DNA from: Minisyncoccota bacterium | GTDB lineage: Bacteria; Patescibacteriota; Minisyncoccia; JBAYJV01 | DNA length: 64,000 bases | Direction: 5' to 3' | NCBI GenBank assembly: GCA_041664925.1 | Contig: JBAYJV010000001.1 | Coordinates: 56,121-120,120, forward strand | Shown here: positions 20,937-30,002 of the stretch, piece after piece | Position numbering within the stretch: position 1 is the first letter of the stretch | Layout of the letters: every line of letters starts with the position of its first letter | Notes under the pieces: generated by a model | Databases searched by the model: none | Told to the model about the DNA's origin: nothing | Seen by the model: the letters and a program-made list of their open reading frames with translations, nothing else | Position numbers and translations under genes: made by a program

Positions 20937-20998
20937 GTAGTCCGGATTTTTTAATGAAAAAACGCGGCGTGATGCCGCGCTTTCTGTTGTCTGTTTAT

Positions 20999-21466
20999 TT
21001 ATTCAAAGAATGTTTCTTGTTTCTCCTTTTTAGTTTCTTTTTCAATTTTCTTGGTAGTCTTTTTCTTGGTTACTGGTTTTTCCAGCTTCGATTCAGTCTT
21101 TTTTTCCTCTTTCTTTTCTGTTTTTCTTTCTACTTTCTTTGGCGCCTCAAATTCCTTATTCCCAATCTTGGTAATTTCAACCAATGAGAAAAGTTGGCGA
21201 TGACCTTTTTTAACTTTATAGCGCTTCTTTGCTTTATATTTAAAAACAATGATTTTTTTATCTTTGGCTTGATCAATGACCTTTCCTTCAACTTTTTCTT
21301 TGAGAAAAGGAGTACCGATTTCAACTTCGTCATTATCGTTGGCAAACATTAGTACTTCTTCAAAAATCAAAGTATCGCCGATATTTTTATCAACTTTTTC
21401 AATTTTTATTCTTTGGCCTAATTTGACCAAGTATTGTTTTCCGCCTGTTTTAATAACTGCTTTCAT
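20999..21466 (-). CDS. rplU: 50S ribosomal protein L21 with a lysine/glutamate-rich C-terminal extension
   Basis: MKAVIKTGGKQYLVKLGQRIKIEKVD...FKYKAKKRYKVKKGHRQ matches the L21 core. A ~50 aa K/E-rich tail follows. Confidence 0.8.
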   Translation of the reverse strand: MKAVIKTGGKQYLVKLGQRIKIEKVDKNIGDTLIFEEVLMFANDNDEVEIGTPFLKEKVEGKVIDQAKDKKIIVFKYKAKKRYKVKKGHRQLFSLVEITKIGNKEFEAPKKVERKTEKKEEKKTESKLEKPVTKKKTTKKIEKETKKEKQETFFE

Positions 21467-21545
21467 ATAATTAGAACATGGAATTTAGAATTTAGAAGTT
21501 AGATTTAAGGATAAAAACCCATTTTATATTAAGTATTGGAAAATG

Positions 21546-23255
21546 TCAATTCTCTTCCCGTTTTTTCATCGCTGCTTGAAGTGCTTCTTTTAAGGCACTC
21601 TTGTCAGGCTCAGATTTTTCCAACCTGGAATTAGTCATTCTTGGGCCGGTTTTCTTTATGTCTTCTAGTTTATCTTTTTTTGCTGAATCAATTTCTTTTG
21701 TTTTTGCTTCTGGCGCTTTAACTTCCTCGGTAATCTTTTTCTCTAGTTCAGGCCTAGTCGAACTTGGACCGACCTCGTTTTTACGATCGCCTTTTGGAAT
21801 TGGAGGAAGTTCGCCGCTTCTGATTTTTTCAAGGCAACTATCGCAATAAACTGGTCGGCGATTGTCAGGCTTAAAAGGAAGTAAGGCTTTGCCACCACAA
21901 TGAGCACAGATTGCTTCGTGAAGTTCTTTACCTTTCTGAATTGCCTCAGATTCTAGGGTTTGACTGCCATAACCTGCCCATGAAGCGATTTTCATTTCAA
22001 CTTCATCTCTTTGAGTAGCATAACGTTCACGGCTCAATTTTATAACTGTTTCGCGACAAGATTTTTCTTCTTTGGGATATGGCGGAAGGGTCGTCGCCGA
22101 GAATGGGCGAGACGCCATGCCGTCAATCATTAATTTCAAATAAATATCGTATTTTGCCAAACCAACCAAATCAGTCGCGGTAAATTCTGGCATAAGCTCT
22201 CTTTCGAGAAATTCGGCATCTTCGGCACCCACTCTAAAAGTAATTAGTGTGCCGACATTGCCAAAAACTGCGTCTCTGACTTCTTCTTCCAGTTGCGCAA
22301 TGTATTGGTGAGCCAAAATAAGATCTAGGCGATATTTTCTTGCCTCAGACAAAATATTTGCAAATGATTCTGTGGCAAAGTTTTGAAATTCATCGACATA
22401 TAAATAAAAATCTTGTCTTTCTGATTCTGGAACATCAACCCGACTCATTGCTGCCAATTGAAGTCTCGTAATCATCATTGCGCCCAATAAAGCAGAATTA
22501 TCTTCACCAATAAGACCTTTAGATAAATTCATAATCAAAATCTTTCCCTCATCCATGACTTGGCGCAGATTTAGTTTTGATTTGGTTTGACCGACAATAT
22601 TACGCACCAATGGACTTGTGAGAAATTGTCCGACCTTGTTTTGAATTGGCGCTACCGCTTCAGCTAAAAATCTGTCAGGATATTTTTGGAACTCATCTAT
22701 CCAAAAACTTCTTACAACCGGATCCTGAATTTTTTCAATAACTTTGCCTCGGTATGTTTTATCAACAAGCATTCTCATAATGCCAAGCAAGGTGCTATTG
22801 GGATATTCAAGAAGCGCCAAAATCGCATTTCTTAAAAGATATTCCAATCTGGGACCCCATGAATCGGCCCATATCTTCTTAAAAACGCCCACAAGACCAG
22901 AAGCAACTAAGTGCCTTTGTTCTGGAGATACTTTTTCAATAACATTAAGCGCGATCGGAAAATCTAGATCGCTGGGATTAAAATAGATGACATCGTTAAC
23001 TCTGGATTTGGGAATAAAATCAAGCATTTTGTCAGCAAATTCGCCGTGAGGATCAACAATTGCCATGCCATGTCCCGCCCTAATATCAGCAATTGCCATA
23101 TTTTCTAAAACAGTGGTTTTTCCAACACCGGTTTTTCCAATAACATAAACATGACGGCGGCGGTCGTCAATTTTTATACCGAATTTACGGCGTTCATTCC
23201 TAAAATTTGTTTCTGCAAAGAGGGCAATTTTATCAATCATTGTTTTTTTATACAA
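21546..23255 (-). CDS. P-loop ATPase of the HerA/FtsK/VirD4-TraG (DUF87-like) superfamily with a C-terminal zinc ribbon and K/E-rich tail
   Basis: Walker A YVIGKTGVGKTT, DPHGEF and a Walker B-like LYVDEFQNF. A CxxC...CxxC pair CAHCGGK...CDSCLEK near the C-terminus. Confidence 0.5.
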   Translation of the reverse strand: MYKKTMIDKIALFAETNFRNERRKFGIKIDDRRRHVYVIGKTGVGKTTVLENMAIADIRAGHGMAIVDPHGEFADKMLDFIPKSRVNDVIYFNPSDLDFPIALNVIEKVSPEQRHLVASGLVGVFKKIWADSWGPRLEYLLRNAILALLEYPNSTLLGIMRMLVDKTYRGKVIEKIQDPVVRSFWIDEFQKYPDRFLAEAVAPIQNKVGQFLTSPLVRNIVGQTKSKLNLRQVMDEGKILIMNLSKGLIGEDNSALLGAMMITRLQLAAMSRVDVPESERQDFYLYVDEFQNFATESFANILSEARKYRLDLILAHQYIAQLEEEVRDAVFGNVGTLITFRVGAEDAEFLERELMPEFTATDLVGLAKYDIYLKLMIDGMASRPFSATTLPPYPKEEKSCRETVIKLSRERYATQRDEVEMKIASWAGYGSQTLESEAIQKGKELHEAICAHCGGKALLPFKPDNRRPVYCDSCLEKIRSGELPPIPKGDRKNEVGPSSTRPELEKKITEEVKAPEAKTKEIDSAKKDKLEDIKKTGPRMTNSRLEKSEPDKSALKEALQAAMKKREEN

Positions 23256-23257
23256 AA

Positions 23258-23289
23258 TTACTCCACCGGCAAACGAGTAGGCGGACCGC
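23258..23289. repeat. 32-bp perfect direct repeat, copy 1 (ttactccaccggcaaacgagtaggcggaccgc)
   Basis: Identical to 23897-23928. The two copies exactly bracket gene 23292..23885. Confidence 0.8.
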
Positions 23290-23291
23290 TA

Positions 23292-23885
23292 TCAGTCATT
23301 AATTTGAGATAGTGCTTGAGCATATAAAACAGGCGAAATCTCTTTTACTTTAGCTGCTAAATTTCTTACTATTCCCATTTCCGATTCCCATCCTTCTATA
23401 GAAGGCATAAAGAACACAAAAGCTCTCTCTTCTCGAGTAAGTTTATCTCTTATTTCATCTTGTGAAAGTTTTTTTCCACTAACAAAACCATCTACGGCAG
23501 AATCTGGAATTCCTAATGCTTTTCCAAAAGCATTGTGATATTTACTCATTTCACCTTGATGATCTTGTGCATCCTGTACTTTTTCTAAAAATTCTTGTGT
23601 TCTTGCTACAATATATCCTAACGACACAAATGGCTCATTTTGGTAATCAACACTATTCTCTTTATGAGCAAGACCACATCGACTAAATAATTCTTCTATG
23701 TGTTTCTTTGCTAATAAAACTTCTTCTGGATGAATTAAGTCGGTTTCAATAAAAGAAGCTGGTTTAATGTCCAGAATAACGGCCAAAAGAGCAATTTTCG
23801 ATTGAACCATCAATTCTGTTGCGCCCTCTAATTCTCTCAGTGTTTCCGGTTGAATAAATATTTCCCGTGAATTAATTGTTTCCAT
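23292..23885 (-). CDS. Hypothetical protein (197 aa) bounded by 32-bp direct repeats
   Basis: ORF METINSREIF... No family recognised. Confidence 0.45.
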   Translation of the reverse strand: METINSREIFIQPETLRELEGATELMVQSKIALLAVILDIKPASFIETDLIHPEEVLLAKKHIEELFSRCGLAHKENSVDYQNEPFVSLGYIVARTQEFLEKVQDAQDHQGEMSKYHNAFGKALGIPDSAVDGFVSGKKLSQDEIRDKLTREERAFVFFMPSIEGWESEMGIVRNLAAKVKEISPVLYAQALSQIND

Positions 23886-23896
23886 GGAATATAAGC

Positions 23897-23928
23897 TTAC
23901 TCCACCGGCAAACGAGTAGGCGGACCGC
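23897..23928. repeat. 32-bp perfect direct repeat, copy 2. It encodes the C-terminal residues PPTRLPVE* of 23897..25324.
   Basis: Identical to copy 1. Confidence 0.8.
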
Positions 23929-25324
23929 CTCTCTTAGCCTCAACTTTTGGCAATTCAGGCGTAAGAACAGATTTCATCGGGAAGTGAAAGATTGTTGCCA
24001 ATTCTTCGGTATTCAAGAGCATTCCTTTGTGACCTCTGTCTGGTTTACCAAAAGCGCGAGTTTTGAAATAATTATAAATCTCGCGCATTCTCACAATTCT
24101 TAATCTCTTGAGAGTCAACGGTAGTATTTTATGCTTCCAGGCAAGATAATAATTATATTTTCTATACCTCCAAATATAAGGACGTTTGACGGTATATTTA
24201 ATCGGTTGACTGATTCCAAAACTATTTAAAACGCTATCATTGAATTGCATAAATGCTCCAACTAAAGTCTCGGCCTTCACTGAACTAAAGATTTCATTAG
24301 GAGCAAAGTAGGCAAAACGAAGCATCGTGTAAAAACCAAGCTTTGAAATATTTCTATCAATTGCTAAACAAACTTCTCTTTCTCCGGGGGAAAGTTTAAA
24401 ATATCCGCTATCAGCAAGAGATTTTTCTTTTTCATCTGTTTCGTAAACTTTTTCTTCGGGAAGGATCAATTCTCCGCCTGTGATCAAGTTTTCTACACGA
24501 GTAGTAACGTGAGGATGAAAGCCAAGAAGTTCGCGAATAAGACGGCGTAAAACACCAACTTCCTGAATCTCAGCAACATCACGACCCATAATCTTGTCAA
24601 TCAACGCCCTGCCATCTTCTTGCCATTTTGAAAACATGGGAATGCCAATAACATAGTGAAGCCACATTTGTTCACCCTCGCCGATAGCATTCATCGCTTC
24701 AAGAACTGCCGCAAATGGATCAACGACAAATTCTGATTCTTTACCAGCTTTAATTTCAAATTGTTGATAAGTTCTAATTGGATAAGCGTCTTTTTTTTCT
24801 AAAACAAATTCTCCGGCTGCTAATTTATATTCATTGTTGGGCAAAACTTTAGGCGCATTTTTAACATAATCTTCAACTTCTTGGATCTCAACTTCGGGAA
24901 ATTGAGCATAAATCAAAGATTCTACCGTAGTCCTGTATTTTCTTTCTCCTCTAATATAGAAGTGGATGCTTCCTTCAATGCTTGCAAGTTCTAAGCTATA
25001 GGATGTTTCCAGGTAGCCCTTTAATTCAACCTCAAGCTTGGTAACTCCCTTTGATGTTCCGTGAAGTCCGGCAAAAATTTGTTCCATGCCAAGCGGGGTT
25101 TTCTCAAGAGCCTGAGGAATTCTAATTTCTAGGAGACAATAATCTTGTCTAGCTAAAAACATATCTTCCCAATAATCATGAAAGCGTTTGCGCAATTTTT
25201 TTTGAATTTTAAAAACTTTGAAAAACAAAAACAGCCCAATTATAAGCCAAAAGACCCACAAATAAGGCTGTGTAGCAATCCATATTTTTCCTGCTATCAA
25301 TGGTACATTTTCAAGAAATTTCAT
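23897..25324 (-). CDS. Membrane-anchored hypothetical protein (475 aa)
   Basis: N-terminal TM segment LWVFWLIIGLFLFF. No family recognised. Adjacent to the HerA/VirD4-like ATPase. Confidence 0.45.
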   Translation of the reverse strand: MKFLENVPLIAGKIWIATQPYLWVFWLIIGLFLFFKVFKIQKKLRKRFHDYWEDMFLARQDYCLLEIRIPQALEKTPLGMEQIFAGLHGTSKGVTKLEVELKGYLETSYSLELASIEGSIHFYIRGERKYRTTVESLIYAQFPEVEIQEVEDYVKNAPKVLPNNEYKLAAGEFVLEKKDAYPIRTYQQFEIKAGKESEFVVDPFAAVLEAMNAIGEGEQMWLHYVIGIPMFSKWQEDGRALIDKIMGRDVAEIQEVGVLRRLIRELLGFHPHVTTRVENLITGGELILPEEKVYETDEKEKSLADSGYFKLSPGEREVCLAIDRNISKLGFYTMLRFAYFAPNEIFSSVKAETLVGAFMQFNDSVLNSFGISQPIKYTVKRPYIWRYRKYNYYLAWKHKILPLTLKRLRIVRMREIYNYFKTRAFGKPDRGHKGMLLNTEELATIFHFPMKSVLTPELPKVEAKRGGPPTRLPVE

Positions 25325-25424
25325 AAAACTCCTCTGCGAGAGTGACTTAACAAAGCCACTCTCATATGCCCTCCCAAAAAGGGAAAGCCTTAATTAAATA
25401 TTAAAAGGCCTTTCCTTCGTAACT

Positions 25425-26474
25425 TTATTTTTTCAAAATGTATTTGCCAGGCGTCTTTTCAATAAACTCTGGATTGCTCTTGAGATTAAAGCGAATTGTA
25501 GATTCTTTAACAAAGCGTTCTTTCAAAACGAGTTCAACGAGTTTCTTGTCTGTCAAGATTTTATCTTTGTTTTGCTTGAAAACTTTGATCAAGATATCTT
25601 TAACTGTTCCACGGCTATAGCCCCATTCAGTTAAAGCATAGAGTCCTCGTCCCACAAGAACGAATCGGCTGTCCTTAATCAGTTCGTTGTGAACAGTTTG
25701 AGATTTAGCAATGTGTCGTGAAAACTTGGCTTTGTTAATTTCATCGGCTATAGCCCTGAAATGAAGAGGTTTTTCTAATTTCTTAACCACTAAATAAGCT
25801 TTGTCTTTAACACCTCTTGGGTTAATCTCAGGCCATTCACTTAAGCCCAAATCATCATAAATATTTCTGTCAACTTGTTTAGAAGCATCAATATATGATC
25901 CAATCGCTTGTCTTGAGAAGAAAGGAAAATTCTTCTTAAGCTTGGCAATAACTGCTTTTTCTTGAAGAGGAGATTTAGACTTTTTGAATATAGCCACTAA
26001 TTCGTTAATCAAAGAACGTGCCTGGTCTAAGGCCTTACTTTGAGTATACCATATATCATAAAATTTTGCATTCTCTTTCGCAAGTTTAAAATTGGTGCCT
26101 AAATTCAAAAGCAAAAGGGTGAAACCTCTGTATTTTGTTTTATCTAAATCAGGAGCAATATATTCAACAAATTCCTCAAGAAGTTTATCCTCGCGCATTA
26201 ATCCGCCTCTTTCAGAAATAAAAAGCTCCAAATCTTCTAAAATTTGCTTAACGCTGGCCAAATTTTCTTTCGATCTTAATCTTCGAAGTCCCTCTTCTTC
26301 AATCTGCCTAACTCTTTCTCGGGTAATACCATAAGTATGACCGATTGATTCAAGAGTTTCTTTTCTTTTTTTATTAATACCAAAACGTCGGACAATTACG
26401 TCCTGAGTTCTTTTAGGAAGATTTTTTATCACCTTCCTCAATGCCTCCTTGAAGTCGATGTGAGTGTTTGACAT
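25425..26474 (-). CDS. Protein with an N-terminal sigma-70 region-4-like HTH followed by a domain of unknown function
   Basis: ETLESIGHTYGITRERVRQIEEEGLRRLR resembles sigma70 region 4. Confidence 0.45.
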   Translation of the reverse strand: MSNTHIDFKEALRKVIKNLPKRTQDVIVRRFGINKKRKETLESIGHTYGITRERVRQIEEEGLRRLRSKENLASVKQILEDLELFISERGGLMREDKLLEEFVEYIAPDLDKTKYRGFTLLLLNLGTNFKLAKENAKFYDIWYTQSKALDQARSLINELVAIFKKSKSPLQEKAVIAKLKKNFPFFSRQAIGSYIDASKQVDRNIYDDLGLSEWPEINPRGVKDKAYLVVKKLEKPLHFRAIADEINKAKFSRHIAKSQTVHNELIKDSRFVLVGRGLYALTEWGYSRGTVKDILIKVFKQNKDKILTDKKLVELVLKERFVKESTIRFNLKSNPEFIEKTPGKYILKK

Positions 26475-26749
26475 ATTAGTGTGAAAAAATTAAAACATAT
26501 TTATTGCAAAAAGTTTACCCTTAAAGGCATCGTATCACAAGGCAAATGACTTGTCAATACCTATCTCTAGAATACTATGGATATTTATTTTGTCAAGTGC
26601 TTTATTCGTTTTTATGAAAATTACTCATAAGGTCAATAGATAGATCAGTAATTCTAACGCCTATGTTGGTTTGGTGATTCATAAAATTATACATAAAAAA
26701 ACAAAATATCCGGCATTTTGCCAGATATTTTTAATTTTATTATATTAAT

Positions 26750-28555
26750 TCACCAACTTCCGCCGCCACCGCCGCCACCGCCGCCACCAGAAAATCCACC
26801 GCCACCGAAACCGCTTGCTCCACCGGCAGCACCTTGGCCAGGTGAGATAATCGAATTGTTTGCGTTTGAAGTAAAACTATTAAGACTAGAAACAAAAAGC
26901 ATTGAATTGAATGATGATCCCGTTGAGCCCTGATACCAATCAGGCGGATTGATATAAATATCTTTGAATTGTTTCGCCCATTCTTTTTCTAATCCAAAAA
27001 CCATGGCATAGGGTAAAAGTTTTTCAAAGAGTTGGGGATTTTTTTCCGGCGCATTGTGAAACTTAATTCGATCCGTTTCCGCAATCCTAATATATTCTCT
27101 AAGCCCCAAAACTTCTTCTCTGGTAATCACTCCTTTTTGCGTCCGTTTATGCATTAAAGCTGTAAAAATAATAAGAATAATAATGGTTGCGACGACACTA
27201 AAAATAGTCATCGCCCCGCCAGTTCCGTGAATAATGCTAACATAAAAAATTATAAATACAATAAATATAATTCTTAATGAAAACACGAAGGAAAATAATT
27301 TCTTCCCTGAGAAATCATTTGGTTTAGTCGCCACATATCCCTTGTCAAAAAGCAATTTATTGACCTTCTTTTTAATACTTGCCAGGCTTGCCTGAAATGT
27401 CGTTTTATCAATATCTGAAAGCTTAATGGTTTTGACTTTCTTGCCATCTTTTTCTACAGTATCTGCATCTTCAAATAACGCTTCCATCAATTTTTGGTCA
27501 AAATCATTTTCTAAATCATCTTCATCTTTTAATGCTTCTAAAAGATAGTCTTTGCTTTTGAAAATAAGTGTTTTCTTTTCAATCTGGGTAATCTTTAAAT
27601 ATCCTTGAATAGCCAAGTTGATGATTTCAGCGGATAAATCCCGATTATCAACCCGGTAATCTAGAAACGTACCGACTTCAATCGGCGTTAGATTGTCCGG
27701 CGCTTCATATTGGGGAATAATTGTTCCTCGTCCTTTGGGATCGCGACCTTTTTTCCACCAAAAACAAAATTCAATTAAGAAAACTATAATCGGTAAAAAA
27801 ATGATTTTATTATCCCATAAAACATTGGATGATTTTTGCAAAGCGCTCGGCTCAATCACAATGCCTTTGGGAAATCCGACAACAATCGTCAAGCCTTCTT
27901 TGGCGCCTAAGTTATTCTGGAGAAAACTGATTTCTCGAATAGAGGCAACTTCCAAAGCGCTTTCTGGTTTTGAGATTAAAGAGCACTTTTCTTTACTTCC
28001 TAGAATTCCAAAAAAACAATCTGTTTGCAGTTCTGGATCAGCTATGCTTTCAGGTAATATTATTTTTGCCGATGCTTGATTGATGGAAATTCCCCATTCG
28101 TTACCCGTTGCATTCCAATAAAGCTCATCCGAATCTTTGAAATAATTAATCGCGCGATCGATCTTATATTTAATAATGTAGGTCTTAATGCCAGAGATTA
28201 GCTTATTCGGATCGCCAATTTTTATGCTTTTATCATTACCTTGATCGGATAAGGTAAATTGATAAGGATTGTTATTTTCGTCAATTACATTAATATCCGA
28301 AATCCCTAAGTTAAAATTCCCGCCACGCGCCTGATAATGAATGTGAATATTGCGATAAATGCCATGGCGTTGTAAATCATCAAAATTATAAAGAATCCTT
28401 TCTTCAACACTGATCCTGCTATCCCGATTAATCTTAATCACAACGTCAAAATTATCAATTTTTTCTTCTGCAAAAACTCCCAAAGAAAAACACAATCCAA
28501 AAAATATAAATAATGAAATAATAATCTTTTTCATATCCTTTATTTTAGCAGACAA
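26750..28555 (-). CDS. Membrane protein with an N-terminal extracellular domain, TM helices and a glycine-rich C-terminal tail. DUF2207-like by architecture.
   Basis: Signal/TM region, two internal TM helices, and a C-terminal GQGAAGGASGFGGGGFSGGGGGGGGGGSW. A terminator hairpin atatctggcaaaatgccggatat plus T-run follows downstream. Confidence 0.4.
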   Translation of the reverse strand: MSAKIKDMKKIIISLFIFFGLCFSLGVFAEEKIDNFDVVIKINRDSRISVEERILYNFDDLQRHGIYRNIHIHYQARGGNFNLGISDINVIDENNNPYQFTLSDQGNDKSIKIGDPNKLISGIKTYIIKYKIDRAINYFKDSDELYWNATGNEWGISINQASAKIILPESIADPELQTDCFFGILGSKEKCSLISKPESALEVASIREISFLQNNLGAKEGLTIVVGFPKGIVIEPSALQKSSNVLWDNKIIFLPIIVFLIEFCFWWKKGRDPKGRGTIIPQYEAPDNLTPIEVGTFLDYRVDNRDLSAEIINLAIQGYLKITQIEKKTLIFKSKDYLLEALKDEDDLENDFDQKLMEALFEDADTVEKDGKKVKTIKLSDIDKTTFQASLASIKKKVNKLLFDKGYVATKPNDFSGKKLFSFVFSLRIIFIVFIIFYVSIIHGTGGAMTIFSVVATIIILIIFTALMHKRTQKGVITREEVLGLREYIRIAETDRIKFHNAPEKNPQLFEKLLPYAMVFGLEKEWAKQFKDIYINPPDWYQGSTGSSFNSMLFVSSLNSFTSNANNSIISPGQGAAGGASGFGGGGFSGGGGGGGGGGSW

Positions 28556-28566
28556 TTTCTATTACA

Positions 28567-28600
28567 TCAAAAAAGGAGATTAGCGCGCTAACTAATCTCC
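28567..28600 (-). terminator. Strong intrinsic terminator ending micro-ORF module 1
   Basis: Minus strand reads ggagattagttagcgcgctaatctcc followed by TTTTTT. Confidence 0.7.
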
Positions 28601-28627
28601 CGTACTTTGCTTAAAAGAACTGCAAAC

Positions 28628-28660
28628 TTACATGTCGTCTTCTTCGGCCATTCTTTTCAT
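28628..28660 (-). CDS. Micro-ORF MKRMAEEDDM (10 aa)
   Basis: AAGGAGGcaaag ATG. Its paralogue at ~29533-29590 encodes MKRMAEEDNMRSRETDII. Confidence 0.35.
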   Translation of the reverse strand: MKRMAEEDDM

Positions 28661-28840
28661 CTTTGCCTCCTTAGAGACCAATAATCGTTGCTTTCCTCAT
28701 GCGCTCCTCCTTGATGCTTTTGATTACACTTTTAGAGAGATACTTTTCTCATTCTCATTTTTTTCCTCCTTGATACTAGAGTCCCGCCGGAAGTATTTTC
28801 ATTTCTCTTTTCTTAGGTTAAAACACCGATTTTTTTCATT

Positions 28841-28990
28841 TTATCCAATCCCTCCCGTTGACGAACATCCATCATCACTGTCATGTGGACCAGAACCATA
28901 TAGATGATTAACAAGACTCACTAATACTTCAGCAGCATCAGAGCTAACATATACTGGTTCCCCGCTGGAATCGTAGGGCCCGTTTGTCAT
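28841..28990 (-). CDS. Micro-ORF, 49 aa: MTNGPYDSSGEPVYVSSDAAEVLVSLVNHLYGSGPHDSDDGCSSTGGIG
   Basis: GAGGATGA lies upstream. It is the longest member and shares the GPxD/SG-rich character of its neighbours. Confidence 0.35.
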   Translation of the reverse strand: MTNGPYDSSGEPVYVSSDAAEVLVSLVNHLYGSGPHDSDDGCSSTGGIG

Positions 28991-29143
28991 AGCTAATCAT
29001 CCTCACCCGTCATTCCCTCGAGAGTGTTCTGTCCACCCTCGCCATCTCTCGGTCCGTTCACCATAGAACACCCCTACTCGCTGTCATCCGGACCACTGGT
29101 CCGATCGTCAGGTCCTCTGTTTTGCATTTTCTCTCCTTGTCGC

Positions 29144-29260
29144 CTATCCGCCGAAAGGAAAATCGTTCTTCATCCAAGAACTTTTGTTGCCACGCACGCC
29201 CCCATCCCTGGGTCCGCGCATCATCCCGTCATCGCCAAAACTCTTGCCGCCTCTTTTCAT
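29144..29260 (-). CDS. Micro-ORF, 38 aa: MKRGGKSFGDDGMMRGPRDGGVRGNKSSWMKNDFPFGG
   Basis: AAGGAGGaagaa ATG. Confidence 0.35.
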   Translation of the reverse strand: MKRGGKSFGDDGMMRGPRDGGVRGNKSSWMKNDFPFGG

Positions 29261-29270
29261 TTCTTCCTCC

Positions 29271-29372
29271 TTAATGCTTTTCGACTTCGTTGTATGCCTG
29301 ACTTATCGCAGTAAGTTGCGCTTTGGCAAAAGCCAAACCCTTCCGATTGTTTCTCTTGGTGCACCGACACAT
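29271..29372 (-). CDS. Micro-ORF, 33 aa: MCRCTKRNNRKGLAFAKAQLTAISQAYNEVEKH
   Basis: AAGGAGGtttct ATG. Basic peptide. Confidence 0.35.
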   Translation of the reverse strand: MCRCTKRNNRKGLAFAKAQLTAISQAYNEVEKH

Positions 29373-29495
29373 AGAAACCTCCTTAGTCCCGACTTTGTCT
29401 GCTTTTTTACTAAGCCATCTTCGCTATCATTTTTCCTCCTTGGACCCATACTCACTCTGTATAATTATATTACCACTATATTTAAAAAAGGCAAT

Positions 29496-29529
29496 ACAAA
29501 AAAGGAGATTAGCGCGCTGACTAATCTCC
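29496..29529 (-). terminator. Strong intrinsic terminator ending micro-ORF module 2. Same hairpin family as 28567-28600.
   Basis: Minus strand reads ggagattagtcagcgcgctaatctcc followed by TTTTTT. Confidence 0.7.
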
Positions 29530-29783
29530 TATGCTTTACTTAAAAGAACTGCAAACTATATGATATCCGTTTCGCGACTCCTCATATTGTCTTCTTCGGC
29601 CATTCTTTTCATCTTCGCCTCCCTAGAGAACCATTGCTCTTTTCATTTGCTCCTCCTTAAAGAGCAGTCTCGTACTAGCCAATTAATCGCCCGCTTTGAC
29701 GCTTCTTTGCGTTTTCACGGGGATCACCTCGCTCCTTTTGAAGTTTGGTTTACTTGACTCTACGAGCCTCTCCTTTCACCTCC

Positions 29784-29876
29784 TTAGAGGCAAAACGGAT
29801 CGTCGTCACCATCGTCCGAACCGTCTTCGTCGTCCCCTGAACCGCTAGTATCTCTGTTTACTAAACAACTCTTCAT
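29784..29876 (-). CDS. Micro-ORF, 30 aa: MKSCLVNRDTSGSGDDEDGSDDGDDDPFCL
   Basis: ATG in the module 2 transcript. Acidic, with a Cys near each end. The SD is weak. Confidence 0.25.
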   Translation of the reverse strand: MKSCLVNRDTSGSGDDEDGSDDGDDDPFCL

Positions 29877-29948
29877 TATGACACTTAGAAGAACTAAAAC
29901 TATAACAAGCCGTCTTTTTTGTGATGTGTTTTTCGTGTTTATCCCTCC

Positions 29949-30002
29949 TTACGCCTCTGCTTTAATGCGATAAAGCCCTGTTTCTTTTCCTACCCTTTCC
30001 AT
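29949..30002 (-). CDS. Micro-ORF, 17 aa: MERVGKETGLYRIKAEA
   Basis: GAGGTGAtttcc ATG. Confidence 0.3.
   Translation of the reverse strand: MERVGKETGLYRIKAEA

Noticed and set aside
26750-26830. GGC/GCC trinucleotide repeat (ccgccaccgccgccaccgccgccacc)
   Set aside because: It is the coding sequence of the glycine-rich C-terminal tail of 26750..28555, not a non-coding microsatellite.
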